A DNA stretch of 64,000 nucleotides from Azolla caroliniana. Lineage: Eukaryota; Plantae; Polypodiophyta. How positions within the stretch are numbered: position 1 is the first letter of the stretch; each line of letters opens with the position of its first letter. Made by a program: the position numbers and the translations under genes. Shown here one piece after another: positions 24,574 to 36,988 of this stretch. The stretch is from assembly GCA_043228905.1 (NCBI GenBank), contig JBHGNT010000123.1, positions 1 to 64,000 of the forward strand, read 5' to 3'. Below the pieces are notes generated by a model that saw nothing but the letters and a program-made list of their open reading frames with translations, was not told the DNA's origin and ran no database searches.

Positions 24574-27500
24574 TGTCGTGAAGATTTTCGTCCATAGGTG
24601 GAAACCGGGGTGGGAAGGGCAAGTCGGTGGTGTGCTACATGTGCACATGTAAACTAGGATATGGTGTATAGAAAGAGAGGGGAAATTTTATCCCACATTG
24701 TAAGGTCCCTCCCTCCTTGGGCTATAAAAGGAAGGGAGGGGTCACTTATGAGGGGTTTGCCTAATTTTGAGTGTGAGTGAGGTATACCACTTAGTCTAGG
24801 GTCCTCCTTCTTCCCATTTCGTTTTAGGGTTAGGGTTCGCTTAGGGTTTTCTTCTTGGGTTTCCCTTTAGGGTTTTTGATATAGTCGTTTGGTGCGGCCA
24901 TGGCGGCCACCATTGTTGTAATCATTCACTTGTTTTTAATATAGCTTGTTGTGGATCTTGCTTCCATCTATTTCGGTCTATGCTTATGTGCTACTCTTCA
25001 TCTTCTCATCCGGTGTTAAGCTACCACTTCTCATATCTTATTCCTTCTCCTCTACTCCCTAGTCCAAGACCCCCGTGGTCCCGCCCCTTCTACACGCACG
25101 CGCGTAACAACGCGACATCTTTGGTGAACCCGACGTGAAGGGCGGCAAGGGAGCATGGAGATGGAAGAAGACTTCGACTTCGAGGAGATGATGGCAAAGA
25201 TCGTGATGGAAGTTGGACGGAAGATGGCGAAGCGAGATGCGGCTCAACAAGCCGTTGAAAGGGTGGTCGATCGAGTCGACCGGTTTGATGGGAATGAGGT
25301 CCTAAAAATTTTGGGAGCCTACAAGGCCGAGATGGCGAAAGGGGGTGTAGACGAGGCGATGCGACTAGAGTATTTTCCCCGAGTGGCGGCCGTATCGATG
25401 CACAAGGAGGTCAAGGAGCTACGAGAAGCTCACGAGTCGTGGGTGTCCTTTGAGGGAGCCCTATTGGAGGCGTACGGGTACACAGAACTGGAAGGAAGAG
25501 GTCAACATGAGTTCGATCGGTGGGCGTGCATACAATGCGATGAGAGGCGATCGGCCACAACGCGGCCCGCGAGCGGCGGAGAAGAGAGAGCGGCGACCGA
25601 CTACGCACTATCGCCGGAAGAGAGCTCAACGCAAATCGGTTCGGAGGAGCTCGACCTAGAGGTGCTAATACGGGAGGCATGCGAACTTGTGAAGGCGAAA
25701 ATCGGAGCCGAAGAAGGGCTTGTTATGGAGTTGGGCCGGAGGCGATCGGAGGATGCGGACGAAGAAGCCTCCCTAGACGTAGAAGACGGGGCCTATACGG
25801 AGGCCGAAAGAGCGTACGACGGCAACATGGGAGAGGGTGCGGAGCAAGCGACCCTCTTGCCTTGCGATGAAGGGACGGCCATGGAGGCCGGTAACTATGG
25901 ATTCGGGACATGGCGGCCCAAAACATCAAGCAGGAAGGCGAGTGGCCGAAACGACGACGAAGGGGAGGCGGCAAGCATGATTGAAGCTTGCATAATCGGA
26001 GGCAGGTTAGCCACGGACAACGACGTCCGAACGGAGGCGGCTACGGACACAACGAGCGGCGGTGCCGTGACCTTACACACACCGACCCTAGAGGTTCCGG
26101 CGGTCGGCCCGAGTGCCGGCATGAGACCTAGAGCGATGGACAGTGGTGGTGGCAAGGCGGGTTACCACGACGACGAAGAGAACGAGGAAGAGATAGCCAT
26201 GGACCACGGCGTCCGAACGAAGGTGGCTACGAACATGGCATCGGCGAATAACGGTACCGGGACTTTTCCCACACCTATTCTAGAGACTTCGGCGGTCGGC
26301 CCCGAGAGCCCACGTGAGACCGGAGAGACGGAAGGTGGCGGCGGCAAAGCGGACGATCGAAACGACGACGAGGAAGGTCATAGCAGACGGAGGCAAGACG
26401 TCTCGACACCAAGACTGGAGACTACAGCGGTTGTGCTCGAATGCCAACATAAGACCAGAGAGAAGGGCGGTGGCCGTGAGGAGGCGTGGCCCGGAGTGAA
26501 AACGTACGAAGATGAGGATGCGAGGCCCGGAACGGGCATATACGAGAGGACCGATGGAGAGGTCGGGAACGGCAACGAGGAGAGAGTCGAGAACCGACCC
26601 GACCGGAAGATGAACCGGTTGATAATCCGACACGACTGGAAGACGACGTGGAAGAAGATTGGAGCGGGGTCCGGTCAACCGGGCCCGAACTGAAGAAGAG
26701 CCGGCAAGGCCGGATTTGTTCGGACAAACATGTACCGGCCGGTTACGATCACGGAAGGGAGCCGACCAAACCGGAACTCGATCGGCCGAGACCGATCCGG
26801 GCGAAGGCTAAGTCGGCATGATTGGAGGTTGAGGCGATCGGGCCACAACACTCGGTGGGAGCCGGTGAGCACGAGAAAGAGGCCAAGCATGCACAACGAG
26901 TACGGATCGGTGAGAGGCCGAGAGCAAGAGGGACCCTCCCCGCCTATTCTAGAGACTTCGGCGGTTGCGGATCAACATAAGACTGAAGAGACGACGGGTG
27001 GCGGCGAGGAGTTGGAGACTGGAATGGACGAGGCTACCAGAACGGGTACCCGGTGCGTGAAGACGTATGAGCACGGCCAAGATGGCAAGCCGGAGTCGGA
27101 AGGGGCTACGGCAAAGAAGGACGAAGAGACCGACGTGGAGGTCGGGTTTACGACGAGTGAGGCGCGTAATACGAAGTACGCACTACGGCGTAAAACGGAG
27201 CATGCACTACGGCCGACGAAGGGCCAAGAAGCAAGCATGCACCCGGAAGAGCGGCAACGAGTGACCGGCAACGGCGGACCGGTCGAGCCTTTGAGAGGCA
27301 AGCATGCGGCGAGAGACGAAGCCGTAAGGTGCCGAGATCGGCGGATGGGTGACGAGAGCGAAGGATGATGCGCGGAGAACAATGGGGTACACACTGGGAA
27401 GAGAAAATGTGGCGGCTTCCCGGAGGGCATACAAGGCCAAGCGGGCCAAGAGGGCGTAAGTCGAGGCGAGGCGGTAACGGGAGTCGCGAAGGACACTGAC

Positions 27501-28684
27501 ATGGTGGTCGGGATGACGGTACGCTCTACGGCGAGAGAGCACGGTGAGCAAAGGAGAAACGAGGAGCGCGTAATGAGGTCGCCGAGGGACCAAAGAACGA
27601 GTGCATGTTCGGGAGACTACAAGGGCACACGGAAAGAGCCTACGGAAGGTGAAAACGGAACGGAGGGAATCGGCACGAGGTGTTCGAGACGAAGAGAGGA
27701 TCGAGCCGGAGATAGAACACAAGCGGTACGCAAGGGGCGGAATCCGGCGAGCAAACGGGGTGACCGAGGGCCTAATCGGAGGACCTACGTGGCGGACAAA
27801 GAAAGAGTGACCGGATCGGCAATGGCGTTCGGGAGAACCGACCGGGGAGGAAGGCGAACGCGGTGGATATGGCAGTTCGGATGGAATCGATGTTTCGGGG
27901 ACACACGGTGGACGTGGTGGATCGGTTGGAGCCGTCGGCTCGAGGACGTGCGACAGATACGGTGGAACGGGGTGCTACGATGGTTCGTGTGGAAGGGATG
28001 GGCGTGCTCGAAATGGAAAACGAAGCCGAGCAAGGCCAACGAGGACACGACGGACCTCGGTTTTATCACCATGGCCGAAAAATCTCATCTCTTCTCCTTT
28101 CTTGGCACATACCAGTGGATGTGCGGTTTGGTGGGGGCGGATATCGTGAAGATTTTCATCCATAGGCGGAAACCGGGGTGGGAAGGGCAAGTCGGTGGTG
28201 TGCTACATGTGCACATGTAAACTAGGATATGGTGTATAGAAAGAGAGGGGAAATTTTATCCCACATTGTAAGGTCCCTCCCTCCTTGGGCTATAAAAGGA
28301 AGGGAGGGGTCACTTATGAGGGGTTGCCTAATTTTGAGTGTGAGTGAGGTATACCACTTAGTCTAGGGTCCTCCTTCTTCCCATTTCGTTTTAGGGTTAG
28401 GGTTCGCTTAGGGTTTTCTTCTTGGGTTTCCCTTTAGGGTTTTTGATATAGTCGTTTGGTGCGGCCATGGCGGCCACCATTGTTGTAATCATTCACTTGT
28501 TTTTAATATAGCTTGTTGTGGATCTTGCTTCCATCTATTTCGGTCTATGCTTATGTGCTACTCTTCATCTTCTCATCCGGTGTTAAGCTACCACTTCTCA
28601 TATCTTATTCCTTCTCCTCTACTCCCTAGTCCAAGATCCCCGTGGTCCCGCCCCTTCTACATGCACGCGCGTAACAACGCGACA
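24574..28684 (+). mobile_element. Element B: non-autonomous Gag-fusion LTR element, 4.1 kb
   Basis: TSD ccgg (24570-73, 28685-88); LTRs 24574-25117 and 28142-28684; PBS tggtgaacccgacgtgaa 25122-25139; PPT ~28125-28141; no pol. Confidence 0.95.
25155..28220 (+). pseudogene. Element B reading frame: Gag capsid-like N-terminus, acidic repeats, W/R-rich tail; two in-frame TGA
   Basis: ORFs at 25155, 26730 and 27501 share one frame, separated by TGA at 26691 and 27366. N-terminus AVERVVDRVDRFDGNEV is homologous to the A/C Gag; ~76 codons are deleted relative to E. Confidence 0.85.
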
Positions 28685-31600
28685 CCGGTGTGTTCGGTCG
28701 AACCAGGCTTTGTTCCTTATCCTCGCTACCCGAAGTGTCTCCGCGGCTCGCTCTACATCCTCTGGCCTCCGCTCGAGCTGTTGAATTCGTGCCGCCAACA
28801 GTTCCTCCCGGCTCATCTCATCCCTCCAGTCCACCGTGGCCCACGAGGAGATCGTTCGCTCTGTTGGCATGATCAACTTCTGTCCGAACATAAGCTCTGC
28901 CGGCATGAACCCGGTTACCGAACTGTGCGTAGTCCGGTCCGCCCACAAGGCATAAGGTAGTAGCCGTGGCCAATTCTCGACTTGGCCTCCGCATGCCCGT
29001 ACTAGCGCTTTGACAATCGGCCCGTGTTCGCGCTCTACCTTCCTGTTCGCCTCCGGATTGTACGCTGTGGTGAGCGAAAGTTTGACTCCTAACCGGTCGA
29101 ACAGCTCTTCGGCCTCTTCTGCATCCAACTCACCATGGTCAGCCACGACCTTCCCTATGCACCTGTATCAACATATCACGTCCTCAAATAAAAAACCGGC
29201 ACACTGCCGCCGTCGTCTTGTTCTGCAGGGCTCGGCCTTCAACCTGGTTCGTTAGATCTTCCTGAGCCAGCACCAGATACCGCATCTGTCCTACCCCCAT
29301 TGGCATCGTCACCAAATCCACCATCCACTTGAAGTGGATGGTTAGAGGGTAGGTCGGGTGAAGCTCGTCCCGATATTGGATCATGGAGTGCACCTGACAG
29401 CTTTCGCAAGTCGTCACGAACCGATGCACGTCCCGGTATAGTCCCGACCACCAGTACTTCCCCTTTAGCTTTTCGAACGTGGCCCATGTTCCACGGTGTC
29501 CAGCCCACGGGCTATCGTGGTACGCCGCCAACAACTCCTCCTGTTCCTCCTTCTTCGCCACCACTCGGAGCGGGATGCCGTTCCTCTTCTTCGGGTGCTT
29601 CCATATGTACCCGTCCCGGAAGAAGAATCGGTATGCTTTCTTCCGAATCCGGTTGGCCTCATCCCTTGTCCATGCTGCGTCCAATGTCATTGTTTTCAGG
29701 AACCCGCCGATCTGCAGCCACTCCCCGTTGTACTTGCTCTTGTCGAAATCGTTAAGCATTGGAGAGCATTCCCTACCGGTTGTTACGTAAGCCGCCTCAA
29801 AGAAGTCCACGCCGACTTCCTCGTCCTCCGAAACCATGCTGCCATCGTTTTCGAACCTCGCCCTTGAAAGCATGTCGGCCATGGCGTTGTCTTTCCCGGA
29901 AATGTGTCGTTTTTCCGGATTCAGGGACTTGATGTACGCTATCCACTTGAGCATTGCCATGTCCGGCGTCGCGCATCCGGAAACCATGCCAAGAATCGGC
30001 AGGCAGTCCGTCTCGATAATTACCTCTGTCCCGATCAGGTAGTCTTTATCGGCCTTTACCGCCGAAACGATACCCCAGAGCTCGCGTTTAACCTGGGCGT
30101 ATCTTCGTTGTTGCTCACTGAGGACCTTCGCGCCGAATCGGATCAGGAAACGCATGCCGTCCTCGTCCTCTTGGTTGACAACCCATCCGATCCCGGTTGG
30201 ACTCGTGTCTACCGTTACGTAAATTGGAGTGCTCTTTCCGTAGACAGCCTTTCAGAGCGCCGGAGCCGCGGCAAGTGCTTCCTTCATCTTCCGGACATAC
30301 TCCGTATGCTCGTCTCTCCACTCGAATTATCACCCCTTTTTCAGCAACCCGTATAACGGTTCCGCGACGTGGGCGTAATGCGGGATCCATATGTGGTAGA
30401 ACGCGCATGCTTCCAAGAACCTCCGAACCTCCGTGATCGAGCTACAATCGTGCTTCATCGCGGAGATGGCTTCTACCTTAGCCGGAGACGGTTTCCGGCC
30501 GTACGACCTGCATAGGTGTCCGACGACCATGATCTCTGATTGCCCGAAGGCCGATTTTCCCCCGAAGAAGGTGAGCCTCGCGCCCTCTAACCTCTGTAGC
30601 ACCTTTTCGCAGTCATCGATGTGCGTCGCCACGAATTTCCGGCACCCGTCCGGTCTGATCGTCTCGTCCTTTTCCTCCACTGGGCATCCCATGATCGGGA
30701 TGTCGTCCAAAAACGGCATGGTGATGTCCGGGATACAATCCCTTAGTACCTTGTTCATTGCGTTCACCATGTGAGCCACCGAGTTCGTCCCTCCTTGCGG
30801 TAGGGTACACATCCGTACTAGGCCGAGAGGAGTTCGCATTGTCGTGATGTCCCTGCTCTCTATGGCTAGCTGGAACTACCCTAAGTATAGATCACCGACC
30901 GAGTAAATCGACCTTCCGGCGAAGGCCTCCGCGAACTCGTCTATCGTCGGTCCGATTCCTGCGTTTCGAATGGTCACCTTGTTGACCGGCTGCAGGTCTT
31001 GAATAAAGCGCAACGTGCTGTCCTTCTTCGGCACGGTAAACCACCGATTCGAGTATGGGGCACTCGACGGTTCGAGGATGCCCATTTTGACCTTCTGCTT
31101 TAACAACTCCATCAGCTTCGGGATGTGAGCTCTGGGTACCGGAATCGGTCTGAGACTCCACGGCACATGGGGTATCGTGAATATCACCATCGGTTCCACG
31201 ACTGTCGGGTCTACGCACCCGATCTCCTCTGGTGAGAATGTGAAAGCCTTCCCGTGGCTTCCGAGCATTCCCCGAAACCGGTCCTCTTCCGCTAGCAGTA
31301 GGAAGCCGCCCCCACCGATTTTGAGCTCACGTAGCGTTATGTCGGTGAATGTGTGTCCTATGCGGGCCGGATTTCATAAACTCGGGTCCGACGCAACCCC
31401 TTTCATTTGCAACTCGCTGCCCTCCGGCAAGGGAGCCGCGACTGGCTTCACCTTCCGGTCCATAGTCTTGTACCTCGTCTCCACTCGGGCCGTCCGATCT
31501 GACTCGAGCCCCGTTCTGAAGTCCACGATGACTTCGTACATCCTTTCCGAACATACCGGAATCGTCCGGTCCTCTTTAAGGACCCCTCTGACTACCTTCC

Positions 31601-34600
31601 GCAGCTCCCCCAAGGTATCATCGAAAGAGACCGCCTCCACGGCTCCGTTGATTTCCTCTCCAGGGCCGAGGATACCACATGCCCGAAGTCGCTCCTCCGC
31701 CCTTCTCTTCTTCCGGCCAACGACGTCGACTACCGTACACCCTCCGTTGTCGGAGAAGCAAAATTTCCTACCTATAGTACAAGTCTTCTTCGCTATCGTA
31801 CACTTGTGGGGTTTTCCCGGAGTGTCCGGACTATCGCGGCCCCACGCCTTGATAACCCTCTCTAACTCTCGGCTTTCGCCCCCGAGGGTCTCGCGGTTCC
31901 GCTCATGGTTCGGTCTCACCGTCAGGAACTGGACCAAGTGGCGCCCATCCTGGCCCTTGACCCTTGCATAGGCCGAGCCGTTGTCCAACACCTTGGTCTC
32001 CATCCATGCTGCCGTGATGTACGGTTCTCCTAGTATAACCGGATGTGAGGACGTCTCCTGCACGAAGAAGTGCTGGTCAATCTTGACATCGCCGATCTTT
32101 ACTCGTACATTCGGGCAAGCTCCATGCAGTTCTTCAGTGGCACGTGTCGCTGCCCGTATTTTCCACCCGTGCTTGGTGTTGATCGGCCATTTCCCCTTCT
32201 TGTAGAAGTCCATGGACATCAAATTGATTTCAGAACCGTGGTCCACCAACGCCACCACCAGTTCATGAACATCCCCGATCTTCACGGGGGTCTCCATGGT
32301 CGCTCTGGCCCAGTGCGGCCTCGAATAGTGGCTCTCCGCCAACTCGTCTTCTAGCGCCATGTCCTTTATGTGCGTCGTCCGCACCTCCACCGACTTCTCC
32401 GGTTCCGTCTCCGTCGACAGCCTCTTCCTCTTCACCAAGTCTACGATGGAGTCGTGGAACTCCTTCTTGGCGATCCCGAGCACTTCCCTCAGCGACAGTT
32501 CCACCTTGCTGTCGAGGACTCGCTCTTCCAGGACCTTTCGTAGGTCCGTGGATCTTTCGATTTCTGTGCCCAGCCAGTACCCGCTCTTCTTGGGATTATC
32601 CTGGGCGCCGGTTACGCCGGCCTCATTCCGCCTTTGCCCGAATCGGGTTTCATATCATTGCGAGGGCCCGGCCCCTTCGGTTTTCCCTACCCGCTTGTCC
32701 TCCACCAGAGCCTCGTAGTTTTGACAAGCGGCTTCGACGAAGCCTGTCTTTTCTTCCACCGGGTCACTCCACCCGGTTACCTCCCGGACCCGTTTTTCTG
32801 CGCGGTCTGCCTCTTCTTTCCTTAGTCGTGCGCCGGCGAGGCCTTCTAGCATCGTTGGCCAGAACCCGGCTTTGTTCGTCTTCGGGGCCTCGCCACCTCC
32901 GACCCGAATACCAGCCGACACCGAATAGTGGACGGTCTCCACGTGACGAGCCGCCGCCTCCTCCATCAGCCTTTTCATACCTCCTCGTCCGACGTTCAGG
33001 TCCAGGGGCCTTTGGGTCTCGCTGGCGTGCACCCGACCGTTCCATAGGTACACCACTTTGCTTCTCATCGCCTCGGAGAAGTCCCCGCAGTCCTTCCGGA
33101 TGTGGCCAACCGCGTCACACCACATGCACCTGTTTCCAGCCAGGGGTCGTCGGTCATGGGCCTGTTCGCCATCGTCCCTCCGTGCCTGGGCGATCTGGAG
33201 ATCTTTTACCATCCGCGTCAGTTCCTCCAGAGCTGCTCCCCCGGGCGAGCCCTTGACCATGCAGGTCGAAGCCGATCCGGTCTCGAGCCAATCTCGGGTC
33301 TCTTCCCTTCGCGTTGGTGGTGTTGGCTCGAGCTTCCTTGCTGCGACAGAGCCCGCCCCTATCGATCCTTTGTCAACCCATTCCCGCCGTTTGTCTAAAC
33401 GGCCACAGACCCTCTTCACCACGGCCTAGTCGGCCGTCAGCCTGACATCAGTCTCCAATAGGAGGCCTACTTGCTCCCGATCCCGCTCATCAACTGACTT
33501 AACAAACAATAGGACACGACTTGTGTCCAGAATGGTCCGGTCAAGCACCGAGAGGCGCGCGAAGCTTTCCTCAAACTCCCGGAGGAGCACCGACACGTTC
33601 CTTCCTTTGTCGGGGGTCTCCACCCACTCCATGAAGTCCCGCTTCGAAAGTCGAAGCGCATCTTCAAGCCCGTATTTTTCAAGGAGCCGACCTTCGAACT
33701 CCTCCCAGGTCCGGCTCTCGGCCCGTACCTCGAGCACCTCCGTATGGATGCCTGGCATCGCCACTCGAGGGAATCCGGCTAGACGCCTCTCTTCTGGAAT
33801 GTCCCTCATTACCATCTCAGCCCGGTAGGACGCCAAGTAGCTCGTGGCATCCTTCCCACTAAACCGGCCAATCGTACCGACAACCGCCTCGATAGCCCTA
33901 TCAAGGGCGCCGGTGCCTTCGCGCGCGCTCACTATACGGTCCACAGCCGAAGCCATGGCATCTGCAAGGTCCGACCCCCTCATCTTCTACTCTACCCCCA
34001 GTTCACGTCGGGTTCACCAAATAGATGTCGTGTTGTTACGCGCGTTGTCGTGAAGAAAACCGTCCATAGGCGGAATCGGCGCACCAAGGCGTGGGAACCG
34101 GTTCTTCACGCGCGCACGCTCCAAGTTGTACATAGAAGCGAATTGGGAGGATAATCGGCAGGAACGGGCCCTAACTCAAGTGGAGACAAAGACCGCGCGA
34201 ACAGTCTTTTCGGTCGCGCGCGCGAACTGTACGAGTCGGCGGCGTAACTACGCGGATGCGTGAAAAACGGAGCGGATCCCTGTCCAAAAGGGACAGGGAA
34301 TAAAGCTGACACGACGGCCTGCTCGTCGGCCTATATAAGGAGCGGGAAAGAGCTGTTGCAGGGATCTCGCGGGGAGAGGACGAAGTGCTGTCGGACCGTT
34401 TCTGGACGCTTCTCTCTCTCTGTTTCCTTCCTTCCTGAGCTCCATAGCTTTTCTGTGCAGGGTTCCGAGGAGGCTCGCGCTGTTTCGAGGAACGCCCGAG
34501 TGCTTCCGGCAGCCCCTTTGAGCGTCGAAGTGAACAGGCGTCGGCATCTGTTCGCCGGCCTGTTCGGTTGTAACCAACCTGTGCCCCATCGAGGGTTGTA

Positions 34601-34861
34601 GTAGTGTTAGCCATTTTCTTAATATACATATTAAGTCATTCGCATCTGTCTGTGTCAGTGTCTGTTCGCGTTCTCTGTGCTGAAGGGCCGTGTCCCTGTG
34701 TATCCCCGGTCCTCCGTAGCCGGTTCTCTCTCTCTTTCTCCTCCCTCGCTTGCTCTTTGGTTCGAGACCCCCGCGGTCCCGCCTCGATTCCACACGCACT
34801 TGCGTAATATCTCGACATATTTGGTGAACCCGACGTGAAAGAGGCGGCAGAAGAGCAGAAG

Positions 34862-36988
34862 ATGAGGGGGTCGGATCTCGCAGAGGCCATGGCTTCGGCC
34901 GTGGATCGGATTGTAAACGCGCGCGAGAGCACCGGTGCCCTCGACAGAGCTATTGAGGCGGTCGTCGGCACGATCGGCCGGTTCGATGGGAAGGATGCCA
35001 CGAAGTATTTGGCGTCCTACGGTGCAGAGATGCTGATGCGGGACATTCCGGAAGAAAGGCGTCTTGCCGGATTTCCCCGAGTGGCGATGCCGAGCATCCA
35101 TGCGGAGGTGCTCGAGGTGCGGACGGAGAGCCGTACCTGGGAGGAGTTCGAAGGTCGGCTCCTAGAGAAATACGGGCTGGACGACGCGCTCCGGCTTTCG
35201 AAGCGAAGGTTCATGGAATGGGTGGAGTCCCCGGGGAAGGGAAGAAACGCGTCGGCGCTCCTCCGGGAGTTCGAGGAAAACTTTGCGCGCCTTTCGGCGC
35301 TCGACCGAACCATCCTGGACACGAGCCGGGTCTTGCTGTTTGTCAAGTCGGTCGACGAGCGGGATCGGGAGCAAGTGGGCCTCTTGCTGGAAACCGAAGA
35401 CGGGCTCACTACCGACTGGGCGGCTGTCAGGAAGGTCTGTGGCCGTTTCGACAAACGGCGAGAATGGGCGGATAACGGGGCGACCGGGTCGGGCTCGGTC
35501 GCAGCAAGGAAGCTCGAACCAGCGCCACAGGTGCGCAAGGAAGAGACCCGGGAGTGGTTGGAAACCGGTTCGGCTTCGACCGGCGTAGTCAGAGGCTCAT
35601 CCGGAGGAGCGGCGCTGGAGGAATTGACGAAGGCGATAAAGGACCTCCAAATCGCGCAGGCCCGAAGGGAAGGGGGCGAACCGGCTCGTGACCGACGGCC
35701 GGCGGCAGGAAACAGGTGCATGTGGTGCGATGAAGTCGGCCACATTCGGAAGGACTGCGGCGACTTCGCGGAGGCGCTGAGGGACAGGGTGGTGTACCTG
35801 TGGGAAGGACGGGTGCATGCCAGCGACACCCGAAGGGCCCTGAGCCGAAACGACGGAAAAGGTGGTATGAAAAGGTTGATGGAAGAGGCGGCGGCCCGAC
35901 ACGCGGAAACCGTCCACTACTCGGCGTCGGCCGGCATTCGAGTCGGGGGCGGCGAGGCCCGAAGGGAAAGCAAAGCCGGATTCTGGCCGACGATGCTGGA
36001 AGGCCTTGCCGGTGCAAGGCTTAAAGGGGAGGAATCGGACCGTGCGGAGAAACGGGTACGGGAGATGACCGGGTGGAGCGACCCGGTCGAGGAACGGACG
36101 GGCTTCGTGGAAGCTGCTTGCCAGAACTACGAGGCTCTGGTAGAAGAGAAGCGGGTGGGGAAACCCGGGACGACCGGGCCCTCCCAACGATACGAGACCC
36201 GGTCCGGGCCACGACGGGACGAAGCCGGCGGGGCCGGCACGCAAGATAAACCCCAGAAGGGCGGGTACCGTCTGGGGACGGAGATAGAAAGGACCACGGA
36301 CTTACGAAAGGTCCTGGAGGAACGGATCCTCGACAGCAAGGTGGAGCTGTCGTTACGAGAGGTGCTGGGAATCGCCAAGAAGGAGTTCCACGACTCCATC
36401 GTGGACTTGGTGAAACGGAAGAGGCTGTCGACGGAGACAGAACCGGAAAGACCGGTGGAAGTGCGGACGACGCACCTAGACGACATGGCGCTGGGAGACG
36501 AGTGGGCGGAAAGCCACTATTCGAGACCACACTGGGCCCGAGCGACCACGGAAACCCCGGTGAAGATCGGCGATGTCCAGGAACCGGTGATAGCTTTGGT
36601 GGACCACGGATCGGAGATCAATTTGATGTCCATGGACTTCTATAAGAAGGGCAAATGGCCGATCAACACCAAGCACGGGTGGAAAATAAGGGCAGCAACG
36701 CGCGCCACCGAGGAACTGCACGGGGCCTGTCCGAATGTGCGAGTCAAGATTGGCGACGTCGAGATTGACCAGCACTTCTTCGTGCAGGAGACGTCTTCGC
36801 ACCCGGTCATTCTGGGAGAGCCGTACATCACGACGGCGCGAATGGAGACCAAAGTGCTGGACAATGGTTCGGCCTACGCGAGGGTCAAAAGCCAAGACGG
36901 GCGCCATTCGGTCCAGTTTCTGACGGTACGGCCGAACCACGAACGTAACCGCGATTCCCTCGGTTCCGAAAACCGAGAGGATTTTTAG
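34862..36988 (+). CDS. gag: Element C Gag-protease polyprotein
   Basis: Open frame from ATG 34862 (MRGSDLAEAM); zinc knuckle CMWCDEVGHIRKDC; aspartic protease LVDHGSEIN...VILGEPY; ends G GAT TTT TAG. Confidence 0.92.
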   Translation: MRGSDLAEAMASAVDRIVNARESTGALDRAIEAVVGTIGRFDGKDATKYLASYGAEMLMRDIPEERRLAGFPRVAMPSIHAEVLEVRTESRTWEEFEGRLLEKYGLDDALRLSKRRFMEWVESPGKGRNASALLREFEENFARLSALDRTILDTSRVLLFVKSVDERDREQVGLLLETEDGLTTDWAAVRKVCGRFDKRREWADNGATGSGSVAARKLEPAPQVRKEETREWLETGSASTGVVRGSSGGAALEELTKAIKDLQIAQARREGGEPARDRRPAAGNRCMWCDEVGHIRKDCGDFAEALRDRVVYLWEGRVHASDTRRALSRNDGKGGMKRLMEEAAARHAETVHYSASAGIRVGGGEARRESKAGFWPTMLEGLAGARLKGEESDRAEKRVREMTGWSDPVEERTGFVEAACQNYEALVEEKRVGKPGTTGPSQRYETRSGPRRDEAGGAGTQDKPQKGGYRLGTEIERTTDLRKVLEERILDSKVELSLREVLGIAKKEFHDSIVDLVKRKRLSTETEPERPVEVRTTHLDDMALGDEWAESHYSRPHWARATTETPVKIGDVQEPVIALVDHGSEINLMSMDFYKKGKWPINTKHGWKIRAATRATEELHGACPNVRVKIGDVEIDQHFFVQETSSHPVILGEPYITTARMETKVLDNGSAYARVKSQDGRHSVQFLTVRPNHERNRDSLGSENREDF

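Larger units (their letters stand above)
24267..33983 (-). pseudogene. Element A gag-PR-RT-RH-IN, with several stops and frameshifts; IN interrupted by B
   Basis: Zinc knuckle CMWCDAVGHIRKDC, PR LVDHGSEIN, RT LPQGGTNSV...PFLDD, RH, IN H..H/C..C and AYNPEAN. Stops at ~33426, ~32655, ~31374, ~30876 and ~30330. Confidence 0.93.

Noticed and set aside
24824-24850. Interstitial telomere or healed chromosome end
   Set aside because: Only 1-2 adjacent units, present in both LTRs as part of the element.
25122-25139. tRNA-Trp gene
   Set aside because: Only the 18-nt PBS complement is present.
27863-28165. Alternative frame (MDMAVRMES...) overlapping the W/R tail
   Set aside because: Substitutions among B, D and E fall mainly at first codon positions in this frame and stop positions differ.
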